Positions 10,228-19,907 of a stretch of DNA of 64,000 nucleotides are shown one piece after another. The notes below the pieces were generated by a model. That model saw nothing but the letters and a program-made list of their open reading frames with translations. It had not been told where the DNA came from and ran no database searches. Numbering within the stretch: the first letter of the stretch is position 1; each line of letters begins with the position of its first letter. A program made the position numbers and the translations under genes. Origin of the DNA: an uncultured candidate division Zixibacteria bacterium (lineage in GTDB: Bacteria > Zixibacteria > MSB-5A5 > UBA10806); the NCBI GenBank assembly GCA_963817915.1, contig CAWFQL010000012.1, positions 64,001 to 128,000 on the forward strand. The letters run 5' to 3'.

Positions 10228-11217
10228 TTGGATAAGGTGAGAATAGGACTTGTCGGCTGCGGGCACATGGGGAAATTCCATGCCGGTAAGCTCGCGGATT
10301 CCGACAATGCCACATATGCGGGCTGTTTCGATATCGATAGCGAAAAATCGGAAGAGATAGCCTCAAAATACAGGACGAAAAGCTTTGGCAATCTCGATGA
10401 AATGATAGGCGAGGTTGACGCTGTCAGTATCGCGGCCCCGACCAGTCTTCATTTCGAAATTGCATATAAATTTCTGCAGGCAGGGATCGCGGTGCTTCTT
10501 GAAAAACCGATCGCGCATGATCTCGAATCTGCCGAGAAATTGGTAGCGCTCTCCGAATCGAAAAATATAGTTTTGCAGATAGGCCATTCGGAACGATTCA
10601 ACCCCGCGTTCCTGGCAATTGAAAAAGGAATTTCCAATCCGAAATTTATAGAGACTCACAGGCTGGCGCCATACAAGGGACGAGGCGACGATGTCGCGGT
10701 TATTCTCGATCTGATGATACACGACCTTGATTTGATTATGGCTCTTACTCATTCAACTCCTGAGAGTATTGAGGCCGCCGGAGTGTCTGTTATTACCGAT
10801 ACAATCGATATTGCTAATGCCCGTTTGAAATTCCCGGGCGGCTGTGTAGCCAATGTCACCGCCAGCCGAATTTCGATAAGGGAATTGAGAAAGTTGCGAG
10901 TGTTCCAGAAATCGGGATATACATCGATCGACATGGCTACTCGTGCCGCTGAGCAATACGCAGTAGCCTCACCGGGCGATTTGGAATACAAAGAAGCCCC
11001 ATTGTTCGGGAAATTCCGTTTGCAGGATGGACGGGCGATTGTTAGAAAATCACCCAGGGTTCCGGGCGGCGACAGTCTGAAATTTGAGATCGAATCCTTT
11101 CTTGAAGCAGTAAAGGGCCAACATCCGGCGGTTGTCTCCGGGCGGGATGGCCTTAACGCTCTCAGGGTCGCCACTGAAATCGAAAGACTTTGCGGCGAAT
11201 ACATCAAAAAGATTTGA
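10228..11217 (+). CDS. Gfo/Idh/MocA oxidoreductase, GnnA-like (UDP-GlcNAc 3-dehydrogenase)
   Basis: GCGHMG, EKP, GHSERFNP, DLMIHDLD, ANVTASRIS; located between lpxA and lpxB. Confidence 0.85.
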   Translation: MDKVRIGLVGCGHMGKFHAGKLADSDNATYAGCFDIDSEKSEEIASKYRTKSFGNLDEMIGEVDAVSIAAPTSLHFEIAYKFLQAGIAVLLEKPIAHDLESAEKLVALSESKNIVLQIGHSERFNPAFLAIEKGISNPKFIETHRLAPYKGRGDDVAVILDLMIHDLDLIMALTHSTPESIEAAGVSVITDTIDIANARLKFPGGCVANVTASRISIRELRKLRVFQKSGYTSIDMATRAAEQYAVASPGDLEYKEAPLFGKFRLQDGRAIVRKSPRVPGGDSLKFEIESFLEAVKGQHPAVVSGRDGLNALRVATEIERLCGEYIKKI

Positions 11218-12350
11218 GCAGATCAATCCTTATAATAGCGGGCGAGCCATCGGGTGATACTGTTGGCGGGCTTCTCAGCGCAGAATTAAAACTGCTGAGA
11301 CCCGATCTGGAATTGTTCGGGCTTGGCGGGGATCGTATGGATGTCTCAGGTGTCGATCTCCGTTATCATGCCAATCAATTATCGTTTCTTGGCTTTGTCG
11401 AAGTCTTAAAGCATTTGCCATTCATACGAGAAGTTGAAAATGATATTATCGAGCAAGTAAAGATTCGGAAGCCGTCGCTGGCGATTTTAATCGATTACCC
11501 CGGCTTTAACCTTCGGATCGCGTCGAAGCTAAAAAGTTTGGGCATACCCATAATGTATTATGTCAGCCCGCAGGTATGGGCTTGGGGTCGTGGCCGTATC
11601 GCCAAGATAAAAAGGCTTGTCGATAAAATGGTGGTCGTATTTGAATTTGAAAAGAAAATGTACGAAAAAGAAGGTATGCCTGCCGAATGGTATGGCCATC
11701 CGCTTCTGGATATTGTTCATCCCAAGTACGATAAGAGCGAGTTTTACAAAAAGCTGGATTTGAATCCAAACCAGAAATATATCGGCCTTTTCCCCGGCTC
11801 AAGGAAACAAGAAATTGAAAAGATACTACCGGTTATGAGAGACACCCTGGAGATTCTGAATAAACATCATTCCGAATATCTGGGAATTGTCGGATGCGCG
11901 CCGGGTGCCGATATTGAAAGCTATCGAAAGCTTGGCGGCAATCAATTGCGCTATGTCAGCGCGCTCACATATGATCTGATGACATATTCGGAAATGAATC
12001 TTGTCGCCTCCGGCACTGCCACCTTAGAATGTGCCATATTGGGCAGGCCATTATTTATACTTTATGAGACATCATTCATAACTTATATCGTCGCTCGAAG
12101 CCTAATCAAAATACCATATGTAGGCCTGGTAAATGTTGTCGCGGGTGAGAAGATAATCCCGGAATTTATTCAGAACGATTGCCGTCCCGATAAAATAGCC
12201 GTAGAATTAAACGAATATCTATCAGATCGTAACGCTCAAGCACAAATAATCGGACGATTGTCCAAAATTCGATCTCATCTCGGTGAAATTGGATCCTCAA
12301 AAAGAGTGGCCGAATCAGTCCTAAAAATGATAGATATTCACGTCAATTGA
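11214..12350 (+). CDS. lpxB: Lipid-A-disaccharide synthase
   Basis: AGEPSGD, IDYPGFN, SPQVWAW, GHP, PGSR, SGTATLE; TTG start overlaps the upstream TGA. Confidence 0.95.
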   Translation: MSRSILIIAGEPSGDTVGGLLSAELKLLRPDLELFGLGGDRMDVSGVDLRYHANQLSFLGFVEVLKHLPFIREVENDIIEQVKIRKPSLAILIDYPGFNLRIASKLKSLGIPIMYYVSPQVWAWGRGRIAKIKRLVDKMVVVFEFEKKMYEKEGMPAEWYGHPLLDIVHPKYDKSEFYKKLDLNPNQKYIGLFPGSRKQEIEKILPVMRDTLEILNKHHSEYLGIVGCAPGADIESYRKLGGNQLRYVSALTYDLMTYSEMNLVASGTATLECAILGRPLFILYETSFITYIVARSLIKIPYVGLVNVVAGEKIIPEFIQNDCRPDKIAVELNEYLSDRNAQAQIIGRLSKIRSHLGEIGSSKRVAESVLKMIDIHVN

Positions 12351-12375
12351 CATTCCCGGAAATCTAAGATACATT
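12347..12375 (+). promoter_or_regulatory. Internal sigma70-type promoter upstream of DUF374-waaA-lpxK
   Basis: TTGACA-N17-TACATT overlapping the lpxB stop codon. Confidence 0.55.
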
Positions 12376-12385
12376 CTTGCTTGCC

Positions 12386-13024
12386 ATGGACAATAATTAC
12401 TCATTTGGTCAACGGGTTTTGCTCATGGTAGCGCAAATATTGGGACCGGCATTTCTCTGGCTGATCGGATTTACCTGGCGAGTGAAATATGAAGGGGTTG
12501 AAAATTACGAAAATGCCATCAAGCTTAAAAATAAAGTGCTGTTTTGTTTCTGGCATTCGAGGTTATTGGGATTGTGCTACACGCATCGTTACCAGGATAT
12601 CGGGATCATGGTCTCCAAATCATTTGACGGTGAATGGATAACCAGAATCGTAACGCAAGTAGGCTATCGCACATTTCGTGGCTCATCCAGCCGCAACGGC
12701 GCGGTAGCGTTTATCGAGATGTTGAAAAATCAGGATAAGGGGGATCTGGCGCTGACTGTCGATGGTCCCCGCGGACCCGCGCAAAAAGCCAAGCCAGGAG
12801 CGATTCTTCTGGCAGCTAATTCAGGCCTGCCATTGGTGCCGATCTCATATATCGCCGATAAGGCGTGGCGCTTGAAATCCTGGGATAAGTTCATCGTGCC
12901 GAAACCGTTCTCAACGCTTACAGTGAGATATGGAAAACATATAGTAGTGCCGGAAAGTCCGTCCCAATCGGATATCGATGATTTTACATTGAAAATTGGA
13001 GAGGCTATTGATCAATTGGGATAA
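12386..13024 (+). CDS. DUF374 lysophospholipid acyltransferase family protein (LpxJ-like lipid A late acyltransferase)
   Basis: FWH, SKSFDGE, RGSSSR, DGPRGP, WDKFIVPKPF; located inside the lipid A cluster. Confidence 0.85.
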   Translation: MDNNYSFGQRVLLMVAQILGPAFLWLIGFTWRVKYEGVENYENAIKLKNKVLFCFWHSRLLGLCYTHRYQDIGIMVSKSFDGEWITRIVTQVGYRTFRGSSSRNGAVAFIEMLKNQDKGDLALTVDGPRGPAQKAKPGAILLAANSGLPLVPISYIADKAWRLKSWDKFIVPKPFSTLTVRYGKHIVVPESPSQSDIDDFTLKIGEAIDQLG

Positions 13025-13030
13025 ATTTGT

Positions 13031-14278
13031 ATGATATTAATTTATAGAGTTTTATTTCTTATTGGACTTATAGTCTGCTCTCCCTATTTACTCGTAAAAG
13101 CAATTTGGGGCAGGCATGGTATTCTTGAACGGCTTGGATTTATTGGCCATTATAAGATCAATTCCCGTCTGTTCTGGTTTCATGCGGCATCGGTCGGCGA
13201 ATTGAAAATCCTCGCAATGGTTATTCCTGAGATTAAGAAAAGGCTCCCGGATATCTCAATTGCGATTTCGACTACAACCGCCACCGGCAAGCGGAGGGCT
13301 AAAGAGATTTTCGATAAAGATACTATAATATTTCTTCAGCCGCTTGAAATCAAAACTGTCATCGGGAGAGTACTGAATACACTTAGGCCCGAAAAATTGA
13401 TAGTAGTAGAAACAGAGCTCTGGCCGTTAATGCTCACGACCGCTCATGAAAATGGCACAAATATCTATCTTATCAATGCTCGCATGAGTCAGCGATCATT
13501 TAGGTTTTATAAAATACTCAAATCCTTAATTTCGCCTGTTCTGCGAAAATTCAATGAAATCCTAACTCAGACTGAATCAGATACAAAACGATATTCCATT
13601 CTTGGAGCCAAATCGGCTCACGCGATCGGAAATATCAAATATGATCAAGTCCTTGATCTTTCCAACAACGGCAAATCCAGCCTGAAAATAGATCATGGAA
13701 ATGATCTCATCTTCGTGGCCGGTTCTATTCGTAGGGGAGAAGATGAAATTTTCGCCGACCTGATTCATAAAAGTATCAATGATAAGTTGCCAATGTTATT
13801 TATCCTTGTTCCCCGTCATATGAAGGATTTAGACAGACTCAAAAATCTTCTTGAGAGCAGAAGTATATTATTCGATCTCTGGTCTGTCCAAGATGGAAGC
13901 ATCGATAGATCTCATAAGGTGCTTGTAGTCGATACGATGGGTGAGTTGCGAGAGTTCTATAGAATTGCCAATCTCGCATTTGTCGGAGGCTCCATGGTTT
14001 CGATAGGGGGCCACGACCCTGTAGAACCTGCCGCGTTTGGCAAACCGATATTATTTGGTCCGTATATGCAGAATGCCGCCGAGGCTGCAAGATTGCTGGT
14101 GCAATCAGGCGGCGCCACTATAGTCAAAGATATCAACGAACTTGAGAAGTCTGTTCGAAACGCCGTGCAAAATCGTGATGAGCTCGCGAAAAATGGCGAA
14201 AAATGCCGTCAGGTCATATTATCCATGACCGGAGTTTCGAAAAAGACCGCGGATATTTTATTAAGAGATTTAAAATGA
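13031..14278 (+). CDS. waaA: 3-deoxy-D-manno-octulosonic acid (Kdo) transferase
   Basis: WFHAASVGE, ETELWP, NARMS, GNIKYD, VPRH, DTMGEL, GGH. Confidence 0.95.
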   Translation: MILIYRVLFLIGLIVCSPYLLVKAIWGRHGILERLGFIGHYKINSRLFWFHAASVGELKILAMVIPEIKKRLPDISIAISTTTATGKRRAKEIFDKDTIIFLQPLEIKTVIGRVLNTLRPEKLIVVETELWPLMLTTAHENGTNIYLINARMSQRSFRFYKILKSLISPVLRKFNEILTQTESDTKRYSILGAKSAHAIGNIKYDQVLDLSNNGKSSLKIDHGNDLIFVAGSIRRGEDEIFADLIHKSINDKLPMLFILVPRHMKDLDRLKNLLESRSILFDLWSVQDGSIDRSHKVLVVDTMGELREFYRIANLAFVGGSMVSIGGHDPVEPAAFGKPILFGPYMQNAAEAARLLVQSGGATIVKDINELEKSVRNAVQNRDELAKNGEKCRQVILSMTGVSKKTADILLRDLK

Positions 14279-15246
14279 GGGCGATCCTCTTATTCCCCTT
14301 TACACTCGTATATTATCTAATAAATCTTATCTGGAATTTCTATTGGAGCCGAAAGACTCCAATAAAAGTGAATTCGAAAGTTATCTCCATTGGCAATATT
14401 GCGGTTGGCGGAACCAGCAAGACTACCTTGACTATACATATCGCCCGCAGGCTGCAATCAACCGGCAGGAAAATCGCAGTCGTTGCGAGAGGATATAAAA
14501 GGAAATCATCGGCGGCCCAGATAATTTCATCCGATAGCGATATTTCCTGGGCAGAGTGCGGTGATGAGCCGATAGTTATCGCCAGATCGGTTCCGGGCAT
14601 AAGTGTTTATATCGATTCAGATAAGACTTCCGCGGCTATTCGCGCGGCCGATGACGGTAACGATATTATTCTTATTGATGACGGCTTTCAGCATCGCAAG
14701 CTTCATCGCGATATCGATATTGTTTGTATTAATTCTCATAAACCGTTCGGCAACGGACTTCTGTTGCCATCAGGCATACTTCGCGAGCCGCCAGGATCGC
14801 TTGATAGAGCCGATATTATAGTTGTCAATAAAGACAATAACGATTCACGCTCAATGGATTTTAAATCCAATAAGGCGGTTTTTAAATCATCCAAGATTTG
14901 CTCAGGTGTAAAATCGATAAGAGGCGATTCGGTCAGAATTGATGAAAATCCGGTAGTCGCTTTTTGTGGTTTAGGCAATCCAGAATCATTTCGTTCGAGC
15001 CTGGAAAGTGAAAACATAAAAGTTGCCGATTTTATCCAATTTCGCGACCACCATATCTATTCGACAAGGGACATTGATAATATTATCGATATTATGAAGC
15101 GTTCCAATGCCGCCATCGCCGTAACAAGCCTTAAAGATATTGTCAAACTCGAAAAAATCTGGCCCGCGAATTATAATTTATGCTATCTGGATATTTCGAT
15201 AATACTTGATAATGAATCCGAGTTTTATAAATTGCTCAGCATATGA
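14275..15246 (+). CDS. lpxK: Tetraacyldisaccharide 4'-kinase
   Basis: GNIAVGGTSKT, RGYK, GDEP, DDGFQH, LPSGILRE, DHH; ATG overlaps the waaA stop. Confidence 0.93.
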   Translation: MRAILLFPFTLVYYLINLIWNFYWSRKTPIKVNSKVISIGNIAVGGTSKTTLTIHIARRLQSTGRKIAVVARGYKRKSSAAQIISSDSDISWAECGDEPIVIARSVPGISVYIDSDKTSAAIRAADDGNDIILIDDGFQHRKLHRDIDIVCINSHKPFGNGLLLPSGILREPPGSLDRADIIVVNKDNNDSRSMDFKSNKAVFKSSKICSGVKSIRGDSVRIDENPVVAFCGLGNPESFRSSLESENIKVADFIQFRDHHIYSTRDIDNIIDIMKRSNAAIAVTSLKDIVKLEKIWPANYNLCYLDISIILDNESEFYKLLSI

Positions 15247-16850
15247 TTAGCGATTCTGACATCCTGGTTATCGGCTCAGGCATTGGCGGCTTGTACTTCG
15301 CGCTTAAGGCCGCTGAGTTCGGCAAAGTGGCCGTGATTACAAAAAAAGCCCGAATGGACGCCGCCACGAATCTAGCACAAGGCGGAATCGCTTCTGTAAT
15401 GTCTAATATGGATTCGTATGATGCCCATATCAAAGACACTCTTGTCGCGGGCGCCGGTCTTTGTCACTCCGATATAGTCGAAAAAGTTGTCAAATCGGGC
15501 CCGGAATGTATCGATCAATTGGCTAAGATCGGTGTCGAATTCTCATCGAGCACTCAAAAAGGTATTCTCGATTTGGGACGTGAAGGCGGCCATTCCCAGA
15601 AACGAGTAGTTCACGCCGCCGATTTTACCGGCAGAGCCATAGAACAGGCGTTGATAAACAAGACTCGAAGCCATCCCAATATAGAAATTTACGAACATTT
15701 TTATGCCATTGATCTGGTAACCCAGCACCATCTCAAGGGCCGCGGCGCCAAGGTTGATGGTCCAGTATGCTATGGCGCGTACGCTCTCGACACTTCATCC
15801 AATAGAGTGCGCGCATTTCGTTCGAAGATAACCATGCTCGCCACCGGTGGCGGCGGACGGATATACTACCATACTACCAATCCGGATATTGCCACTGGAG
15901 ATGGTGTCGCTATGGCATATCTGGCAGGCGCACGAATCGGCAATCTTGAATTTGTGCAATTTCACCCGACAACATTGTATCATCCCGAGGGCGATTCATT
16001 TTTGATTTCCGAGGCTGTCAGGGGAGAGGGCGGTAAACTTGTTCTGAAGAGTGGTGAACATTTCATGAAGAAATATCATCCTCTGGCCGAACTGGCTCCT
16101 CGCGATATAGTCGCTCGCGCCATCGATTCGGAACTAAAAAAGGCCGGTGAGCAATGTGTATATCTCGATGTTACTCACCTTGGCAGGGAATTTCTCGAAA
16201 AACGTTTTCCTACAATATTTAAACGATGCCTTGAATTGGGAATCAATATTGCCAATGAGCCGATACCGGTCGTGCCCGCGGCGCATTATTTCTGCGGCGG
16301 AGTTGTATCCGATGAATACGGAAGAACTGATATCCGCAATCTCTATGCTTGCGGCGAAGTTGCCATGACAGGTATGCATGGTGCAAATCGTCTGGCCTCC
16401 AATTCATTGCTCGAGGCGGTCGCGTTTTCCGAATTTGCCTATGAGAAAATACAAAACGAATTTCCGAAAATTGAAAAGCCGGCCGATATACCGCCCTGGG
16501 ATGAATCAGGTGTGTTCGATTCCGAAGAATGGGTGATTGTTTCTCATGATCGCAATACGCTTACAAGGATGATGTGGGATTACGTGGGAATAGTCCGTTC
16601 AGATAATCGTCTTCAAAAAGCCCATGAACGTTGCCAGCTCATGACCCGCGATATTATGGAATTCTATAAGAAAAATCCGGTAAGATCCGATGTAATCGAA
16701 TTGCGCAATATGGCTATCACCGCTGATCTGCTTATCAAATCGGCTATCATGCGCAAGGAATCGCGCGGCCTGCATTACAATATTGATTACCCTCTGAAAG
16801 ATGACGTTAATTTTCTCCGGGATACGATCATAGGGGAGGGGCCTAAATGA
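15243..16850 (+). CDS. nadB: L-aspartate oxidase
   Basis: GSGIGG, AQGGIA, REGGHS, QFHPT, ISEAVRGEG, HGANRLASNSLLE, ESRGLHY. Confidence 0.96.
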   Translation: MISDSDILVIGSGIGGLYFALKAAEFGKVAVITKKARMDAATNLAQGGIASVMSNMDSYDAHIKDTLVAGAGLCHSDIVEKVVKSGPECIDQLAKIGVEFSSSTQKGILDLGREGGHSQKRVVHAADFTGRAIEQALINKTRSHPNIEIYEHFYAIDLVTQHHLKGRGAKVDGPVCYGAYALDTSSNRVRAFRSKITMLATGGGGRIYYHTTNPDIATGDGVAMAYLAGARIGNLEFVQFHPTTLYHPEGDSFLISEAVRGEGGKLVLKSGEHFMKKYHPLAELAPRDIVARAIDSELKKAGEQCVYLDVTHLGREFLEKRFPTIFKRCLELGINIANEPIPVVPAAHYFCGGVVSDEYGRTDIRNLYACGEVAMTGMHGANRLASNSLLEAVAFSEFAYEKIQNEFPKIEKPADIPPWDESGVFDSEEWVIVSHDRNTLTRMMWDYVGIVRSDNRLQKAHERCQLMTRDIMEFYKKNPVRSDVIELRNMAITADLLIKSAIMRKESRGLHYNIDYPLKDDVNFLRDTIIGEGPK

Positions 16851-18386
16851 CACCATCCCAGAAAATTCTGATAATCGATTATGGCTCTCAATATACGCAG
16901 CTTATCGCGCGCCGAGTTCGAGAGCAGAATGTTTTTTCCGAGATAATCAGCTGCTATCGCAAAGTTGACGATTATGATTTTTCGAATGTTGTCGGAATAA
17001 TTTTATCGGGCGGGCCATCGTCGGTATTTGATAAAGGTGCGCCAAAATTAGACAAGAATTTTATAAGGCTCAACATACCTGTTCTGGCTGTCTGTTATGG
17101 GCTTCAGCTTGCTGGCTCACAATCTTGGCGGCAAAGTAGCTCGTTCCCATAAACGAGAATACGGCCGGGCGGAAATGGCAATCAAGGGAGAATCGATACT
17201 TCTCGCTGGAATGCCATTGAAAAGCCAGGTCTGGATGAGTCATGGCGATCATGTGGATATCCTACCTCTGGGTTATAAGACTATCGGGTCTACAGAGACA
17301 ATTCCACACGCGGCGGTCATGAACTCCGAATTAAATATTTACGGTGTGCAATTTCATCCCGAAGTCGCTCATACGGAATATGGCTCGATAATTCTTCGCA
17401 ATTTCCTTTTTGATATCTGCAAATGCCGCGGAGACTGGTCGCCGCAATCGTTTATTGAAAACACTATCGATGAAATTCAACGGCAAACATCCGGCGGCAA
17501 GGTAATATGCGCCTTATCGGGCGGAGTCGATTCCGCGGTCGTTGCAATGCTTCTAAATAGGGCTATCGGTAAGAAAGCGATTTCGATATTTATCGATAAT
17601 GGTCTTTTGCGTTTGAATGAAGCCAAAGAAGTATCTTCGGCTTTCAGGAAATTCGGGATAAATCTAAAGACTATCGATTCCTCGAAGCTTTTTCTCTCTC
17701 GTCTTAAGGGCATCACCGATCCTGAAAAAAAACGAGCCCGAATCGGAAGGGCATTTATCGAAGTTTTTACTAAAGAGGCGGCCAAAATTGGCAAGGTCGA
17801 TTTTCTCGCGCAGGGGACATTATATCCGGACCTGATCGAATCGGTTTCATTCAGGGGGCCGTCACAGACAATCAAAACTCACCATAATGTCGGCGGTCTC
17901 CCCAAACGGATGCGGCTGAAATTGATCGAACCGTTAAAAGAGCTTTTCAAAGATGAGGTCCGCGCGGTTGGGCGACAGCTTGGGCTGCCGGATGAATTCA
18001 TTAAACGGCATCCATTTCCGGGGCCTGGACTGGCGGTCAGAATCCTCGGTTCTATTACGCCTGAACGGTTATCGATTCTTCGTCAGGCCGATAATATCTT
18101 CATCTCGGAATTGCGCAATTGGGAATTATATGACGATGTCTGGCAGGCGTTGGCGGTACTGCTTCCTGTGCAATCGGTCGGTGTAATGGGCGATGAAAGA
18201 ACTTACGAGAATGTGATCGCCTTACGCGCGGTTACTTCGCTCGATGCCATGACTGCCGATTGGGCCCGGCTGCCCGATGATTTCCTATCGTTTGTATCCA
18301 ATCGGATAATCAATGAAGTCAAAGGCATTAATCGCGTAGTTTACGATATATCATCCAAACCACCAGCAACAATAGAGTGGGAATAA
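16847..18386 (+). CDS. guaA: GMP synthase (glutamine-hydrolysing), split by one extra base near 17108
   Basis: [14 protein letters not shown] and CYG in one frame; WMSHGD, QFHPEV, SGGVDS and KPPATIEWE in the next; deleting one base restores [13 protein letters not shown]. Confidence 0.93.
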
Positions 18387-18437
18387 GAATTTAATCGAAA
18401 ATTAGAATATAGTTTTTTAGAATATTATTTAGAATTT

Positions 18438-18461
18438 GGGGCGTATTGCGTAATACGCCCC
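18438..18461. terminator. Palindromic hairpin between convergent guaA and acyl-CoA dehydrogenase genes (terminator or REP-like)
   Basis: GGGGCGTATT-GCGT-AATACGCCCC. Confidence 0.65.
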
Positions 18462-18479
18462 TTAAATTTATCGGACGTT

Positions 18480-19691
18480 TTAGACGTCACTCTTGAACGG
18501 CCAGGCCGGCAGATTGCATCGACGAGGATGATCCGTGCGGAATCCAAGCGCGTAATCTGCCTGCATCAGCTTATGGATTTCGCGTGTGCCCTCATAGATC
18601 GATGCTCCCTTGCAATTTCGGTAGAACCGCTCGACAGGATATTCATCGGAGAAACCATATGCTCCGTGCACCTGAACCGCGTCGGAGGCAGCCTTTTCGG
18701 CTTCCTGACAGCATATCCATTTAGCCAGCGATGTTTCTCTGGTGGCCCGCTTTCCTTGATTGCGAAGCGATCCGGCCTTTAGCCAGAGCAATCGAGAATA
18801 TTCATATCCGGCAATCATGCCAGATAACATTTCCTTTACCAGTTGATGCTCGGCTATCGGGACAGTAAAGGTGTGACGGGTATGGGCGTAGTTGAGCGAA
18901 GCGTCCAGACAGGCTTTCACTAATCCTGTCGATCCCGCCGCGACAGTATATCTACCTTGCTCCAGACAGAACATGGCGATTTTGAAACCTTCACCTTCAT
19001 TGCCAAGCAGATTTTCCTGAGGCACTTCAACATCCTGCATGGCAATCGAGCCCGTATTTCCAGCGCGAACACCGAGCTTGCCGTGAATTGTAGCGGTTGT
19101 CACTCCCGCGAATGACCGTTCCACAATAAATGCCGAGATACCGCTATGGTCGCGCTTGTTTTTCTTGGCTATATCTGTCCAGGCGAAGATCAGGAAGTTG
19201 TCGGCGACATCTGCAAGACTGATCCACATCTTTTCGCCGTTGAGAATATACTTATTTCCCTTTTTGATCGCGGTGGTCTGAATACCTACAACATCCGAAC
19301 CGGCATTGGGCTCGGTTAATCCAAAGGTCGCTATTTTTTCGCCTTTGGCCTGAGGAACGAGATATTTCTCCTTTTGGGCTGGATTGCCCCAGGATAGCAT
19401 TGTCAGTGAATTAAGGCCGATATGGACAGATAAGATTACGCGCGCCGATGTGTCAACATATTCCAATTCTTCGCAGGCCAGGCCCAAAGAAATATAATCC
19501 ATGCCTGCCCCGCCGTATTTTTCAGGCAGGCAGATTCCGAGAATATCGGCGTCCGCCATTTTGGTCAGGATCGAACGATCAAATTTTTGAGTGCGATCAT
19601 TTTCCTGAATAGTCGGGACAATATTCTTAGCCGCGAAATCCTTGCATAATTTTTGTACTGATATGTGGTCGTCGTTAAGTTCGAAATTCAT
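18480..19691 (-). CDS. Acyl-CoA dehydrogenase family protein
   Basis: LTEPNAGSD, LNGEKMWIS, KLGVRA, VQVHGAYG, IYEGTREI. Confidence 0.93.
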   Translation of the reverse strand: MNFELNDDHISVQKLCKDFAAKNIVPTIQENDRTQKFDRSILTKMADADILGICLPEKYGGAGMDYISLGLACEELEYVDTSARVILSVHIGLNSLTMLSWGNPAQKEKYLVPQAKGEKIATFGLTEPNAGSDVVGIQTTAIKKGNKYILNGEKMWISLADVADNFLIFAWTDIAKKNKRDHSGISAFIVERSFAGVTTATIHGKLGVRAGNTGSIAMQDVEVPQENLLGNEGEGFKIAMFCLEQGRYTVAAGSTGLVKACLDASLNYAHTRHTFTVPIAEHQLVKEMLSGMIAGYEYSRLLWLKAGSLRNQGKRATRETSLAKWICCQEAEKAASDAVQVHGAYGFSDEYPVERFYRNCKGASIYEGTREIHKLMQADYALGFRTDHPRRCNLPAWPFKSDV

Positions 19692-19843
19692 ATTTTTCTC
19701 CTGTAATCAATTCTAAGCAAGATCGCCTTTTTGGCGTAAATAGATAAATGGGACTCTGCCCAAAATACTGCCGTTGACTATAATAAATTTGCCTCCGAAT
19801 ACCAAATAAAATTATCAGGAGCATTTGCTGATAATACCTGCGC

Positions 19844-19877
19844 AAAAAAAACCGCGAATTACATCATAATTCGCGGC
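19844..19877 (-). terminator. Rho-independent terminator of the DUF1573 gene
   Basis: Minus strand CCGCGAATTA-loop-TAATTCGCGG followed by T8. Confidence 0.8.
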
Positions 19878-19907
19878 TTCAATAATCCGATTAAACTAAG
19901 CGAAATT

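Noticed and set aside
16847..18386. Programmed +1 frameshift or true pseudogene in guaA
   Set aside because: No internal SD or stop at the shift site and no other decay; several similar insertions in the window point to sequencing error
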